A stretch of DNA of 32,000 nucleotides, from assembly GCF_051225715.1 (NCBI RefSeq), contig NZ_JBPJSP010000040.1:20015-52014 (forward strand). The letters run 5' to 3'. The notes beneath the pieces are model-generated. The model was given only the letters and a program-made list of their open reading frames with translations, had not been told where the DNA came from and did no database searches. The DNA comes from Azospirillum sp. ST 5-10. GTDB taxonomy: Bacteria; Pseudomonadota; Alphaproteobacteria; Azospirillales; Azospirillaceae. This document shows positions 1 to 9,541 of this stretch, one piece after another; the stretch's first letter is position 1, and each line of letters starts with the position of its first letter. The translations under genes and the position numbers were made by a program.

Positions 1-555
1 GCGCGGCCCGTCGGCGCCGACGAGGTAGAGGGCGCGGATCAGGCGCGGCTCGCCGGTGGCCTCGGGCAGCACCTCCGCCTCGACGCCGGCCCCGGTGTCG
101 CGGAAGCCGCACAGCCGCCAGCCGTAACGCACCGAGACCGAGGGTTGCGCCTCGGCGTGGCGCCGCAGCACCGCCTCGACGAACTTCTGCGACACGCGGT
201 GGGCCGGCTCGGCGGCACTCCAGGGACGGTCGCCGCGCCGGATCTGCCGCGCCGCCTCGCGCGAGCCGGGCAGCGGGAAGCGGGCCAGCTCGTGGCTGGC
301 GTAGCGGGTGAAGTAGGCGACGTCGGTGGGATGGTCCGGCGGCAGCCCCTGGGCGCGGATCTCGTCGGCGAAGCCCAGCCGGCGGAAATGCTCCATGGTG
401 CGCGCCTGGGTGGCGTTCGCCTGCGGGTTGAAGGCGGTGGAGGGCTTCTGGTCGACCAGGATCGTCGCGACCCCGCGCCGGCCGAGCTCGTTGGCGAGCA
501 TGAGTCCGCAGGGCCCGCCGCCGACGATGAGCACCCCGGTGGTTTCCATGGTCAT
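1..555 (-). CDS. FAD-dependent aromatic-ring monooxygenase, 5' part only (gene runs off the window start)
   Basis: Absent from the ORF track because it is truncated. My reverse translation from ATG 555..553 gives MTMETTGVLIVGGGPCGLMLANELGRRGVATILVDQKP..., a GxGxxG FAD fold typical of PheA/TfdB/MhpA-type hydroxylases. GAGG lies about 5 nt upstream. It starts 20 nt after the stop of the upstream dioxygenase gene. Confidence 0.75.
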   Translation of the reverse strand, partial: MTMETTGVLIVGGGPCGLMLANELGRRGVATILVDQKPSTAFNPQANATQARTMEHFRRLGFADEIRAQGLPPDHPTDVAYFTRYASHELARFPLPGSREAARQIRRGDRPWSAAEPAHRVSQKFVEAVLRRHAEAQPSVSVRYGWRLCGFRDTGAGVEAEVLPEATGEPRLIRALYLVGADGPR

Positions 556-574
556 GGCGCCTCGGGTCATCGGG

Positions 575-1534
575 TCACGCCGCCGCTTCGTGGTTGACGG
601 TGAAGTCGGGCGGCGGCGGCGGACCCCAGACGTAGAAGGAGTCCTCCACCGGGTGGTCGGTCGCCTGCCAGTCGCAATGGGCGGGAACGAAGTCGATGTC
701 CGCCGAATACTCGGCGTAGCTGCCCCAGGGATCCCGGACGTAGTGGAAGTAGTTGGAGCCGAGCACGTGCCGCCCGAGGCCCCAGCCCTGGGAGAAGCCC
801 CGCTCGGCCATCAGCATCGCCCCCAGCCCGACGTCGTGGACCGAGCCGACGTCCCAGCTCAGGTGGTGCAGGCCGGGACCGGTGGATTTCGCCAGCGCCA
901 CCATGTGGTGGTCGGAGCCGTGGATGCCGTGCAGGAAGGCGACGAGGTCGCCGGAGCGGTCCGACAGCCGCAGGCCGAGGACGCGCGTGTAGAAGCCGAT
1001 CGCCGCGTCGATGTCGGCGGTGAACAGGAGGATGTGGGCCAGCCGGCGCGGCCGCACCGGCTGCGACGCCGAGCGGGAGTGCGAGCCCTGCGCTCCCGGC
1101 GGGGCGCTGGCCGGATCGAAGCGCGACTTCTCCGAGGGCGAGGACTTCTCCGCCGCCCGGACCTCCATCAGCAGGCCGTCCGGGTTGCGCAGCCACAGGC
1201 CGTCGCTCTCGCAGCCGGGCGGCGGGTCGACCAGCGCCACGCCGAGGATCTCCAGGTGCCGCTTGAAGGCGGCGAACTCGTCGGCGAAGACGCCGAAGGA
1301 GATGTGGGAGAACCGCTTGCGCGGCCCCTCGGCGACCGTGCCCCAGCGGTGCGGGTGGTCGAAGGTGTGCAGGTCGAGGCCGCCCCTCCCCTCCCGGACG
1401 TCGAGGCCGAAGGCGCCGTAGAAGCGCTGCGCGTCGGCCAGGTCGGGAACGACCAGGTGGAAACCGTCGATGGAATGCACGCCGAGCTCGCCCGGCCGGC
1501 GCGTCGGCAGCACACGGCTGCGGAGCTGGGTCAT
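575..1534 (-). CDS. two-domain VOC (glyoxalase/extradiol) family ring-cleavage dioxygenase
   Basis: ORF track 319 aa. Two tandem VOC modules (GVHSIDGFHLVVPD... and LAHILLFTADID...). His motifs HGSDHHM and HHLSW. RBS GGGGAGGA precedes ATG 1534. Size resembles PcpA/LinE-type hydroquinone dioxygenases (from memory). Confidence 0.8.
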   Translation of the reverse strand: MTQLRSRVLPTRRPGELGVHSIDGFHLVVPDLADAQRFYGAFGLDVREGRGGLDLHTFDHPHRWGTVAEGPRKRFSHISFGVFADEFAAFKRHLEILGVALVDPPPGCESDGLWLRNPDGLLMEVRAAEKSSPSEKSRFDPASAPPGAQGSHSRSASQPVRPRRLAHILLFTADIDAAIGFYTRVLGLRLSDRSGDLVAFLHGIHGSDHHMVALAKSTGPGLHHLSWDVGSVHDVGLGAMLMAERGFSQGWGLGRHVLGSNYFHYVRDPWGSYAEYSADIDFVPAHCDWQATDHPVEDSFYVWGPPPPPDFTVNHEAAA

Positions 1535-1564
1535 CGCGTCCTCCCCTTCGTCGATGGCATCCGC

Positions 1565-2422
1565 TCACCCCGCGGCGATCGGGTTGCGCAGGACGCCGAT
1601 GCCCTGGACGGCCACCTCGCAGACGTCGCCGGGCTTCATCCACAGGGGCGGCTTGCGCGCCAGCCCGACGCCGCTCGGCGTCCCGGTGACGATGAGGTCG
1701 CCCGGCGCCAGCGTGATCCCCTCGCTGATGATGGCGATCAGTTCGGCCACGTCGAACACCAGGGAGTCCGTCGACGCGCTCTGCACGACCGTGCCGTTGA
1801 GGCGGGTTTCCAGGGTCAGGCCGCGGGCGCCCGGCGGCAGCTCGTCGGCGGTGACGATGACCGGCCCGAAGGCGCCGGTGCCGTCGAAGTTCTTGCCCAT
1901 CGTCCACTGCGTCGTCTTCAACTGGTAGTCGCGCACCGAGGCGTCGTTGAAGATCGAGTAGCCGAACACGTGCGCCAGCGCGTCCTCGCGCCGGATGCCC
2001 CGGCCGCCCTTGCCGATCACCACCACCAGTTCGCCCTCGTAGTCCAGCTGTTCGGACACCGCCGGGCGCACCAGGGCCTCGCCGTGGCCGACCAGGGACG
2101 AGGCGAAGCGGGCGAACAGGGCGGGATAGTCGGGCTGCTGGAAACCGCTCTCCGCGGAGTGGTCGGCGTAGTTGAGGCCGACGCAGACGATCTTGGCCGG
2201 ATCGGCGATCGGCGGCAGCAGGGTCACGGCGTCGAGGTCGACCGGCTCGCCGCCGAGCAGGACCTCGCAGGCGGCGCGGAACGCGCCGTCGTCCAGGGCG
2301 GCCAACGCCCCGGCATCACCGGGAAAGTCCGGATGCGTGTCACGCAGACCGCGGAACGCGCGTCCGTCGGCGCTGACGGCGAGCCCCGTCCCGGCGGAAT
2401 CGCGATAGGCGGCAAGTCTCAT
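1565..2422 (-). CDS. fumarylacetoacetate hydrolase (FAH) family protein
   Basis: Track ORF 1565..2449. I prefer the internal ATG (MRLAAYRD, residue 10) preceded by GGAGAAGGG. Motifs VCVGLNYADH, YEGELVVVIG and FNDASVRDYQ are typical of FAH-family hydratases, decarboxylases and isomerases. Confidence 0.85.
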   Translation of the reverse strand: MRLAAYRDSAGTGLAVSADGRAFRGLRDTHPDFPGDAGALAALDDGAFRAACEVLLGGEPVDLDAVTLLPPIADPAKIVCVGLNYADHSAESGFQQPDYPALFARFASSLVGHGEALVRPAVSEQLDYEGELVVVIGKGGRGIRREDALAHVFGYSIFNDASVRDYQLKTTQWTMGKNFDGTGAFGPVIVTADELPPGARGLTLETRLNGTVVQSASTDSLVFDVAELIAIISEGITLAPGDLIVTGTPSGVGLARKPPLWMKPGDVCEVAVQGIGVLRNPIAAG

Positions 2423-2522
2423 GGTCCCTTCTCCTCGGCATCCGCTCATGCGGCCAACAATTGGTCGGATGCGCAGTCTAGCCGCCGAATTGATGACCGG
2501 AAGCTGCCAGTTTGATCCGATT

Positions 2523-2539
2523 GATACCGATTTGTTATC
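2523..2539. promoter_or_regulatory. candidate LysR-type box (T-N11-A inside dyad GATA-N9-TATC)
   Basis: GATACCGATTTGTTATC lies in the 133-nt divergent region between the FAH gene start (2422) and the LysR start (2556). It is nested in a wider dyad CCGAT...ATCGG. Confidence 0.4.
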
Positions 2540-2555
2540 GGGCTAGGGTTGCGCC

Positions 2556-3491
2556 ATGAAGCTCAACCAGCTCCGCGACATCACCGCCATCGCCGAGCAC
2601 GGCAGCCTCCGGGCGGCGGCGCGCCATCTCGGGCTGGCCCAGCCGGCGCTGACCCGCAGCGTGCACGAGCTGGAGCACGAGCTGGGCGCGCCCCTGTTCG
2701 AGCGCCGTGCCCGCGGCATGGCGCTGACACCGGCGGGAGAGGCCTTCGTGCGCCGCGCCCGGGCGATCCTGAGCGACGTCCGGCGCGCCCGCGAGGAGGC
2801 GGAGCAGCTCCGCGGCCTGGCGGCGGGATCGGTGGTGGCCGGGCTTTCCGTGGCCGCGCACATGGCGATGCTGCCGACTGCGCTGGCCCGCTTCCGCGGG
2901 CGCTACCCCGACGTGCGGCTCCACCTCATCGAGGGGTTCTTCCCGACCCTGGAGGCGGGGCTCAGGGACGGCACGGTCGACTTCTACATCGGCCCGCAGC
3001 CGGAGCGCGGCATGCCGTCCGACCTGGTGGCCGAGCTGCTGTTCCAGAACACGCGGATCGTCATGGCGCGCGTCGGCCATCCGCTCGCCGCCGCGACCTC
3101 GCTGGCCGATCTGGTGGGGGCGGAGTGGGTGACGACCTCCATCACCCACCGGGCGGCGGAGGAGCTGCAGGTGCTGTTCCAGGAGCGCGGGCTGCCGCCG
3201 CCGCGCCTGGCGACCCAGACCCAGTCGGCGCTGAGCATGATCCTGGCGATCGCCTATTCCGACGCGCTGGGCATGCTGCCCGTGCAGTTCACCGACTTCG
3301 CCCTGACCACCGGCACGCTGTGCCGCATCCCCGTGCGCGAGACCCTGCCGGCGCCGGACATCGTGATGATCCGCCGCGCCGGCTTCACCCTGACGCCGGC
3401 GGCGGAATGGCTCGCCGAGTGCTGCCGGCGCGTCGTTCCCGCCGCGGCTCCGGCGGACGCCGCGGCGGCACGGCGCCGGGCCGCCGGTTGA
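2556..3491 (+). CDS. LysR-family transcriptional regulator
   Basis: 311 aa. N-terminal HTH MKLNQLRDITAIAEHGSLRAAARHLGLAQPALTRSVHELEHELGAPLFERRARG. Divergent from a catabolic operon, the classical LysR arrangement. Confidence 0.9.
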   Translation: MKLNQLRDITAIAEHGSLRAAARHLGLAQPALTRSVHELEHELGAPLFERRARGMALTPAGEAFVRRARAILSDVRRAREEAEQLRGLAAGSVVAGLSVAAHMAMLPTALARFRGRYPDVRLHLIEGFFPTLEAGLRDGTVDFYIGPQPERGMPSDLVAELLFQNTRIVMARVGHPLAAATSLADLVGAEWVTTSITHRAAEELQVLFQERGLPPPRLATQTQSALSMILAIAYSDALGMLPVQFTDFALTTGTLCRIPVRETLPAPDIVMIRRAGFTLTPAAEWLAECCRRVVPAAAPADAAAARRRAAG

Positions 3492-3500
3492 CGCCGGCCC

Positions 3501-4706
<1,206 letters not shown>

Positions 4707-4758
4707 GGTCGTGTCGGCCCGGGTGCGGCCGCTCCCTCGCAAGGATGAACGAAGAGGT

Positions 4759-6282
4759 TCAGAGGGCCGACGCCGGCCCGCCGGCGACGGCGCGGCGCAG
4801 CAGGGCCGACGGGCGGTAGCGGTCCTCGCCGTAGGTGCGCTGCAGCGCCTCCAGCACGCCGAGCACCCGCGCCAGGCCGATCCGCCGCGCCCAGGCGACG
4901 GGCCCCAGCGGGTAGTTGACGCCCTTGGTCATCGCCACGTCGACGTCGGCGGCCGAGGCGACGCCCTGCAGCACCGCGTCGGCGGCCTCGTTGGCCAGGG
5001 TGGCGACGGTGCGCATGACCACCAGGCCCGGTGCGTCGTCGATCACCGACACCGCCATGCCCAGGGCCTGGAACAGCCCGGCAGCGGTGGCCGTCACCGC
5101 CTCCCCCGCGCCGTCCGCCGGAGCGAGCGCGATGCGGCCGGCGGCGGCGTAGTCCAGCGCCAGGTCGAACAGGACCAGCGGCCCGCCGCCCTCGGCGGCG
5201 GCGCGTTCCGTCGCCGTGCGGCCGTCGGTGAGGGCGAGGCGCACGCCGTCCAGCCGCAGCCGCCCCTCGCCCGTGGCCGGCCGCTCCTCCACGGCGACGC
5301 CGGCGGCGCGCAGGCGCTCCACCAGGGCGGCGGCCGGCCCGAAATCGCCCTCCGCCACCACCCGCGCCGGCGCCGGGGCGGCGGCCGCGGTGGCCGGCGG
5401 CGGCCGCTCGGCGCCGGCGGCGTACTCGTAGAAGCCCCGCCCGCTCTTGCGGCCGAGCCGGCCGGCCTCCACCAGCTCCTGCTGGACCAGCGAGGGCAGG
5501 AAGCGCGGGTCGTGGAAGTAGGACCGCCAGACCGAGCCGGTGACGGCGAAGTTCACGTCGTGGCCGATCAGGTCCATCAGCTCGAACGGCCCCATGCGGA
5601 AGCCGCCGCACTCGCGGGCGACGGCGTCGATGGTGGCCGGGTCGGCGGCCCGCTCCTGCAGCAGGCGCAGCCCCTCGGCGTAGAAGGGACGGGCCACGCG
5701 GTTGACGATGAAGCCGGGCGTGGAGCGGGCGTGCACCGGGCTCTTGCCCCAGGCGGCGGCGGTGTGGTGGAGCGTCGCGGCGACCGCGGGATCGGTCTGC
5801 AGGCCGCTCACCACCTCCACCAGCGCCATCAGCGGTGCGGGGTTGAAGAAGTGCAGCCCGGCGCAGCGCTCCGGCCGCGCCAGCCCGGCCGCCAGGGCGG
5901 TGATCGACAGCGACGAGGTGTTGGTCGCCAGGATGGCGTCGGCGGCCACCCGCTCCTCCAGCTCGGCGAACAGGCGCCGCTTGACGTCCAGGTCCTCGAC
6001 CACCGCCTCGATCAGCAGGGAGGCCGGCGCCAGGTCGGCCGTGCCGGACACCGGGACGAGGCGGGCGACCACCGCGTCGCGTTCCGCCGCCGCCATGCGC
6101 CCCTTCTCCACCAGCCGGCCGAGCGCCGCGGCGATGGCGTCGCGCGCCGCCGCCGCGGCGCCGGGCCGCGCGTCGTGCAGCAGCACGGGATGGCCGCCCT
6201 GGGCCGCCACCTGGGCGATCCCCTGCCCCATGGCGCCGCAGCCGATCACCGCCACGCTCGCCGTCCGCTCCAACGCCGCCAT
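4759..6282 (-). CDS. paaH: 3-hydroxyacyl-CoA (3-hydroxyadipyl-CoA) dehydrogenase
   Basis: 507 aa. Rossmann fold VAVIGCGAMGQGIA. HFFNPAPLMALVEVV and PGFIVNRV motifs, plus the long duplicated C-terminal domain seen in PaaH. Confidence 0.9.
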   Translation of the reverse strand: MAALERTASVAVIGCGAMGQGIAQVAAQGGHPVLLHDARPGAAAAARDAIAAALGRLVEKGRMAAAERDAVVARLVPVSGTADLAPASLLIEAVVEDLDVKRRLFAELEERVAADAILATNTSSLSITALAAGLARPERCAGLHFFNPAPLMALVEVVSGLQTDPAVAATLHHTAAAWGKSPVHARSTPGFIVNRVARPFYAEGLRLLQERAADPATIDAVARECGGFRMGPFELMDLIGHDVNFAVTGSVWRSYFHDPRFLPSLVQQELVEAGRLGRKSGRGFYEYAAGAERPPPATAAAAPAPARVVAEGDFGPAAALVERLRAAGVAVEERPATGEGRLRLDGVRLALTDGRTATERAAAEGGGPLVLFDLALDYAAAGRIALAPADGAGEAVTATAAGLFQALGMAVSVIDDAPGLVVMRTVATLANEAADAVLQGVASAADVDVAMTKGVNYPLGPVAWARRIGLARVLGVLEALQRTYGEDRYRPSALLRRAVAGGPASAL

Positions 6283-6283
6283 C

Positions 6284-7072
6284 TCACCGTCCCTCGAACC
6301 TGGGTTGCCGCTTCTCCAGGAAGGCGGTGACGCCCTCCCGGTAGTCCGCCGTCCGCCCGGCGAGGCGCTGGCAATCGCGCTCCAGCTCGAGCTGGCGGTC
6401 GAGCGTGTTGGTGGAGGACGCCTGCAGCGCCTTCTTGGCGAGCGCCAAGCCGCGGGTGGGCGCCGCGGCGAGGCGCCGGGCGACGTCCGTCGCCTCCGCC
6501 ATCAGCCGCTCGTCGTCGACCGCCTTCCAGATCATGCCCCAGGCCTCGGCCTGCTCCGCCGGGACGGGCTCGCCCAGCATCACCAGCGCCATGGCGCGGG
6601 CGTGGCCGACCAGACGCGGCAGGGTCCAGGTGCCGCCGCTGTCGGGAATCAGCCCGACCCGGGAGAAGGACTGCACGAAGCGGGCGGAGCGCGCCGCCAG
6701 GACGATGTCGCAGGCCAGCGCCAGGTTGGCCCCGGCCCCGGCGGCGACGCCGTTGACCGCGCACACCACCGGCACCTCCAGGGTGCGCAGGGTGCGCACC
6801 AGCGGGTTGTAGTTGGTCTCCAGCGACTCGCCGAGGTCCGGCGGCGCCCCGTCCGGCGGCGCCACGCGGGCGGCGAGGTCCTGGCCGGTGCAGAAGCCGC
6901 GGCCGGTCCCGGTCAGCAGCAGGCAGCGCACGGTGCGGTCCTTGCGCACCGCCGCCAGCGCCTCGCGCAGCTCGGCGTGCATCGCCGCGGTGAAGGCGTT
7001 GAGCTTGTCGGGACGGTTGAGGGTCACCTGGGCGACGCCGTCGGCGACGTCGAGAAGGATGGTCTCGGCCAT
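6284..7072 (-). CDS. paaG: crotonase-family enoyl-CoA isomerase/hydratase, PaaG-like
   Basis: 262 aa. Collinear with my memory of E. coli PaaG (TLNRPxxLNxF, RCLLLTGxGRGFCxGQDL, NPLVRxL, ADYREGVxAFLxKRxPxFxG). Its stop is 2 nt from the paaH start. Confidence 0.85.
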   Translation of the reverse strand: MAETILLDVADGVAQVTLNRPDKLNAFTAAMHAELREALAAVRKDRTVRCLLLTGTGRGFCTGQDLAARVAPPDGAPPDLGESLETNYNPLVRTLRTLEVPVVCAVNGVAAGAGANLALACDIVLAARSARFVQSFSRVGLIPDSGGTWTLPRLVGHARAMALVMLGEPVPAEQAEAWGMIWKAVDDERLMAEATDVARRLAAAPTRGLALAKKALQASSTNTLDRQLELERDCQRLAGRTADYREGVTAFLEKRQPRFEGR

Positions 7073-7075
7073 GGC

Positions 7076-7852
7076 TCAGCGTCCCCGGAAGCTTGGCGTG
7101 CGCTTGTCGAGGAAGGCGGTCACGCCCTCGCGCATGTCCTCGGTGGCGAACAGCAGGGCGAAGGCCTGGCGCTCGTGGGCCAGGCCCTGCTCCAGCCCCG
7201 GCTCGAAGCTCGCCAGCACCGCCTGCTTGGCAAGCCGCACGGCGACCGGCGGCTTATCGGCGATGCGCGCGGCCAGCGCCACCGCCCGCTCGATGGACAG
7301 CTCGGCCGGCGTCACCTCGGCGACCAGGCCGGCCGCCAGCGCCGCCTGGGCGTCGATGGGCTGGCCGGTGAGCACCATCCGCATGGCGAGCGCCTTGCCG
7401 ACCGCGTGGGTCAGCCGCTGCGTGCCGCCGGCACCGGGGATCAGGCCGAGGTTGATCTCGGGCTGGCCGAACTGGGCGGTGTCGCCGGCGACGATGATGT
7501 CGGCGTGCATGGCGAGCTCGCAGCCGCCGCCCAGCGCGTAGCCGTTGACGGCGGCGATCAGCGGCTTGGGGAAGCGGCGGATGGCGGTCCAGTGGCGCGG
7601 CCGCTCGTCGGCCAGCACGCTGACCGCGCTGTGCGCCGCCAGCTCGCCGATGTCGGCGCCGGCGGCGAAGACCCGCTCGCCGCCGGTCACGACGACCGCG
7701 CGCACCGCGTCGTCCGCCGCGGCGTCCGTCAGCGCCTCGGCGACGGCCCGCAGCAGCGGCGTCGCCAGCGCGTTGCGCGCGTGCGGCCGGTTCAGGGTGA
7801 GGCGCAGCACATGGGGGTGCGGCGTGTCCGTCAGCAGGATGTCGCTCGTCAT
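7076..7852 (-). CDS. paaF: enoyl-CoA hydratase (2,3-dehydroadipyl-CoA hydratase-like)
   Basis: Track ORF 7076..7918. Start moved to MTSDILLTD (residue 23). Crotonase motifs LNRPHARNAL, FAAGADI, AAVNGYALGGGCELA, EDMREGVTAFLDKRTPSFRG. Confidence 0.85.
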   Translation of the reverse strand: MTSDILLTDTPHPHVLRLTLNRPHARNALATPLLRAVAEALTDAAADDAVRAVVVTGGERVFAAGADIGELAAHSAVSVLADERPRHWTAIRRFPKPLIAAVNGYALGGGCELAMHADIIVAGDTAQFGQPEINLGLIPGAGGTQRLTHAVGKALAMRMVLTGQPIDAQAALAAGLVAEVTPAELSIERAVALAARIADKPPVAVRLAKQAVLASFEPGLEQGLAHERQAFALLFATEDMREGVTAFLDKRTPSFRGR

Positions 7853-7952
7853 GGCCCGTCGGTCGTTGTCGGGGATCGGCGTCGCCGGGGCCCGGCATAC
7901 CCGCCATGACATGAACAATCATGCAGCACGCGCGCGGCTGTCAAGCCGGATT

Positions 7953-7969
7953 ATGCATTATATAGCATG
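7953..7969 (-). promoter_or_regulatory. TGCA-containing 17-mer ATGCATTATATAGCATG with embedded -10-like TATAAT (minus strand); candidate paaF promoter/operator
   Basis: AT-rich island in GC-rich DNA about 100 nt upstream of paaF. Dyad ATGC-N8-GCAT. On the minus strand 7962..7957 reads TATAAT. 14/17 identical to the site at 9505-9521. Confidence 0.45.
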
Positions 7970-7977
7970 TCCGGCGG

Positions 7978-8913
7978 TCACGACGCGGCGCGGTGCGTCT
8001 CCAGACGGCCGAGACCCGCCACCAGCTCGGCCAGGCAGTCCTCGACGTCGCGGCCGGTGGTGTCGACGGTCAGATCGGCCAGGGAGTCGAGGGGCGCACG
8101 GCGGGCCAGGGAGTCGGCGACCCCGCCGGCGAAGGCGCGGCGCAGCCCGCCGTCGCCGGGCCGCGGCAGCGTGCGGCGGACGTGCTCCTCGACCGAAGCC
8201 CGCACCCACACGGTGGCGCCGTGGCGCCGCAACCGGTCGATCGCGGCGGGATCGGCGGCGGCCAGCCCGCTGAGCACGATCACCGCCGCGCCATGGCGGG
8301 CCAGGAGGTCGTCGATACAGCGCCGCTCCGCCGCGGCGAAGGCGGGAGGGCCGCACAGGGCGAGGAGGTCGGCGGCGGCCAGCCCGACGTCCCGCCCGAT
8401 CTCCTCGTCGACGACGACCAGGGGCAGGTCCAGACGTTCGGCGAGGCGGCGGCCGAGCGTCCTCCGCCCGGCTCCCGTCGTGCCGAGCAGCGCCACGCCG
8501 CGCCCGGCCGGCGACGCCGGGCCGCCGTCGCGCAGCAGCGCGTCCAGGGCGACGCCGGTGGCCTGCGCCACCGCGCGCAGCAGCAGGACGGAGATGTTGC
8601 CGTGGCCGGTCTCCAACTGGGCGAGGTGGCGCTCGGAGACGCCGGAGCGCAGCGCCAGCGCCTTGCGCGTCATGCCCTGGCCGACCCGCGCGGCCCGCAC
8701 CCGTTCGCCCAGCGCCTCGAGGAAGGAGGGGCGGTCGTCGGTCCCAACGGGGACCTCGGGGGCCGCGGCCGGCCGCGCCTGCGGCAGCGGCCGGCACGGC
8801 GGCAGGCTGCCGTCCCACACCGCCTCGAGCGGCGTCGCCTGCGACAGGGGCCGGATGGCGGGGCCGCCGGGACGGGGGGCGAGGCGGGCGGCGGTGTGGC
8901 GTGTGTCGCTCAT
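7978..8913 (-). CDS. XRE-type HTH fused to a shikimate-kinase-like domain (BzdR/BoxR-type acyl-CoA-responsive regulator)
   Basis: 311 aa. HTH LGERVRAARVGQGMTRKALALRSGVSERHLAQLETGHGNISVLLLRAVAQATGV. The C-terminal AroK-like domain starts at VALLGTTGAGRRTLGRRLAERLDLPLVVVDEEI. The architecture matches BzdR/BoxR of Azoarcus (from memory). Confidence 0.8.
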   Translation of the reverse strand: MSDTRHTAARLAPRPGGPAIRPLSQATPLEAVWDGSLPPCRPLPQARPAAAPEVPVGTDDRPSFLEALGERVRAARVGQGMTRKALALRSGVSERHLAQLETGHGNISVLLLRAVAQATGVALDALLRDGGPASPAGRGVALLGTTGAGRRTLGRRLAERLDLPLVVVDEEIGRDVGLAAADLLALCGPPAFAAAERRCIDDLLARHGAAVIVLSGLAAADPAAIDRLRRHGATVWVRASVEEHVRRTLPRPGDGGLRRAFAGGVADSLARRAPLDSLADLTVDTTGRDVEDCLAELVAGLGRLETHRAAS

Positions 8914-9002
8914 CGTTCCCTGCGCTTTCCTGGACGGGTCCCGGACGGGCGGACCCTATGCCGTCGCGGCCCGCGCCGTCCCCGCGGCCGTTTGTCGCAC
9001 CA

Positions 9003-9479
9003 TCAGTCCGCCGCCTCCATCGTCCGGCAGCGGGAGCGGTAGTCGGCGATGCGGCGCGCCAGCGGCTCGGGGATGGCGATGGCGCGCATCGCCTCGGTGT
9101 CGACGAAGGAGCAGACCCACACCCCGGCGAACGCCGCCACCCCGTCGCCGCGCCGCCCCTGCACGCGGAAGCGCACGGTGGAGCGGCCGGTGTCCTCCAC
9201 CAGCACGGTGGTCTCGACGGTGTCGCCGGGCACCAGGGGCGCCGTCATGTCCAGCTCGGCGTGGACGAAGGGGCTGCCGACGTTGCACGCCGTGTTGAGA
9301 TGGTACCAGCCGTTGGCCAGCACCTCGTCGAACCAGCCCTCGATCGCCTCGATGGCGTAGTCGAAGAGGCGAACCGTGTAGGCGATGCGCGCGGCGTCGG
9401 TGTGCCCGAACCGCACCTTGCGGCGGTGCACGTAGGGGGCGGGAAACGGCGCCTCCGGCACCTCGATCGCTCGCGACAT
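9003..9479 (-). CDS. hotdog-fold acyl-CoA thioesterase (YbgC/4HBT-like)
   Basis: Track ORF 9003..9506. Start moved to MSRAIEVPE (residue 10) preceded by GGAGA. VRFGHTDAARIAYTVRLFDY matches the Asp-containing catalytic N-terminus of 4HBT class I thioesterases. Confidence 0.8.
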   Translation of the reverse strand: MSRAIEVPEAPFPAPYVHRRKVRFGHTDAARIAYTVRLFDYAIEAIEGWFDEVLANGWYHLNTACNVGSPFVHAELDMTAPLVPGDTVETTVLVEDTGRSTVRFRVQGRRGDGVAAFAGVWVCSFVDTEAMRAIAIPEPLARRIADYRSRCRTMEAAD

Positions 9480-9499
9480 GGGTTCGTCTCCGCCGGCAG

Positions 9500-9523
9500 A
9501 ATGCATGCATTATGATGCATGAT
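9500..9523 (-). promoter_or_regulatory. TGCA-repeat palindromes overlapping a putative promoter for the thioesterase/regulator unit
   Basis: AATGCATGCATTATGATGCATGAT contains three TGCA cores and the perfect 10-bp palindrome ATGCATGCAT (9501-9510). The minus strand reads TTGTGC (9537..9532), N17, CATAAT (9514..9509). It lies 26 nt upstream of ATG 9479. Confidence 0.5.
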
Positions 9524-9541
9524 CGCGACGCGCACAACAGA

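Noticed and set aside
326-2515. 729-aa plus-strand ORF; likewise 5702..7909 (+), 9959..11758 (+), 26373..28517 (-), 28507..31776 (-) and many 100-450-aa ORFs in the track
   Set aside because: They lie antisense to, or out of frame with, genes that have clear family signatures. They are extremely Arg/Ala/Gly/Pro-rich with no recognisable motifs. Long spurious ORFs are expected at about 70% GC because stop codons are rare.
7939-7944. Perfect TTGACA hexamer (minus strand) near the paaF upstream 17-mer, considered as the -35 partner of the TATAAT at 7962..7957
   Set aside because: On the minus strand TTGACA lies downstream of TATAAT, so the two cannot form one promoter. The hexamers 17-19 nt after TTGACA (TGATTG, GATTGT, ATTGTT) are poor -10 matches.
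8914-9002. Short repeats GGACGGG x2 and inverted repeat GGGTCC/GGACCC between the thioesterase and regulator genes
   Set aside because: Too short and GC-rich to distinguish from chance in this composition, and not shared with other sites.
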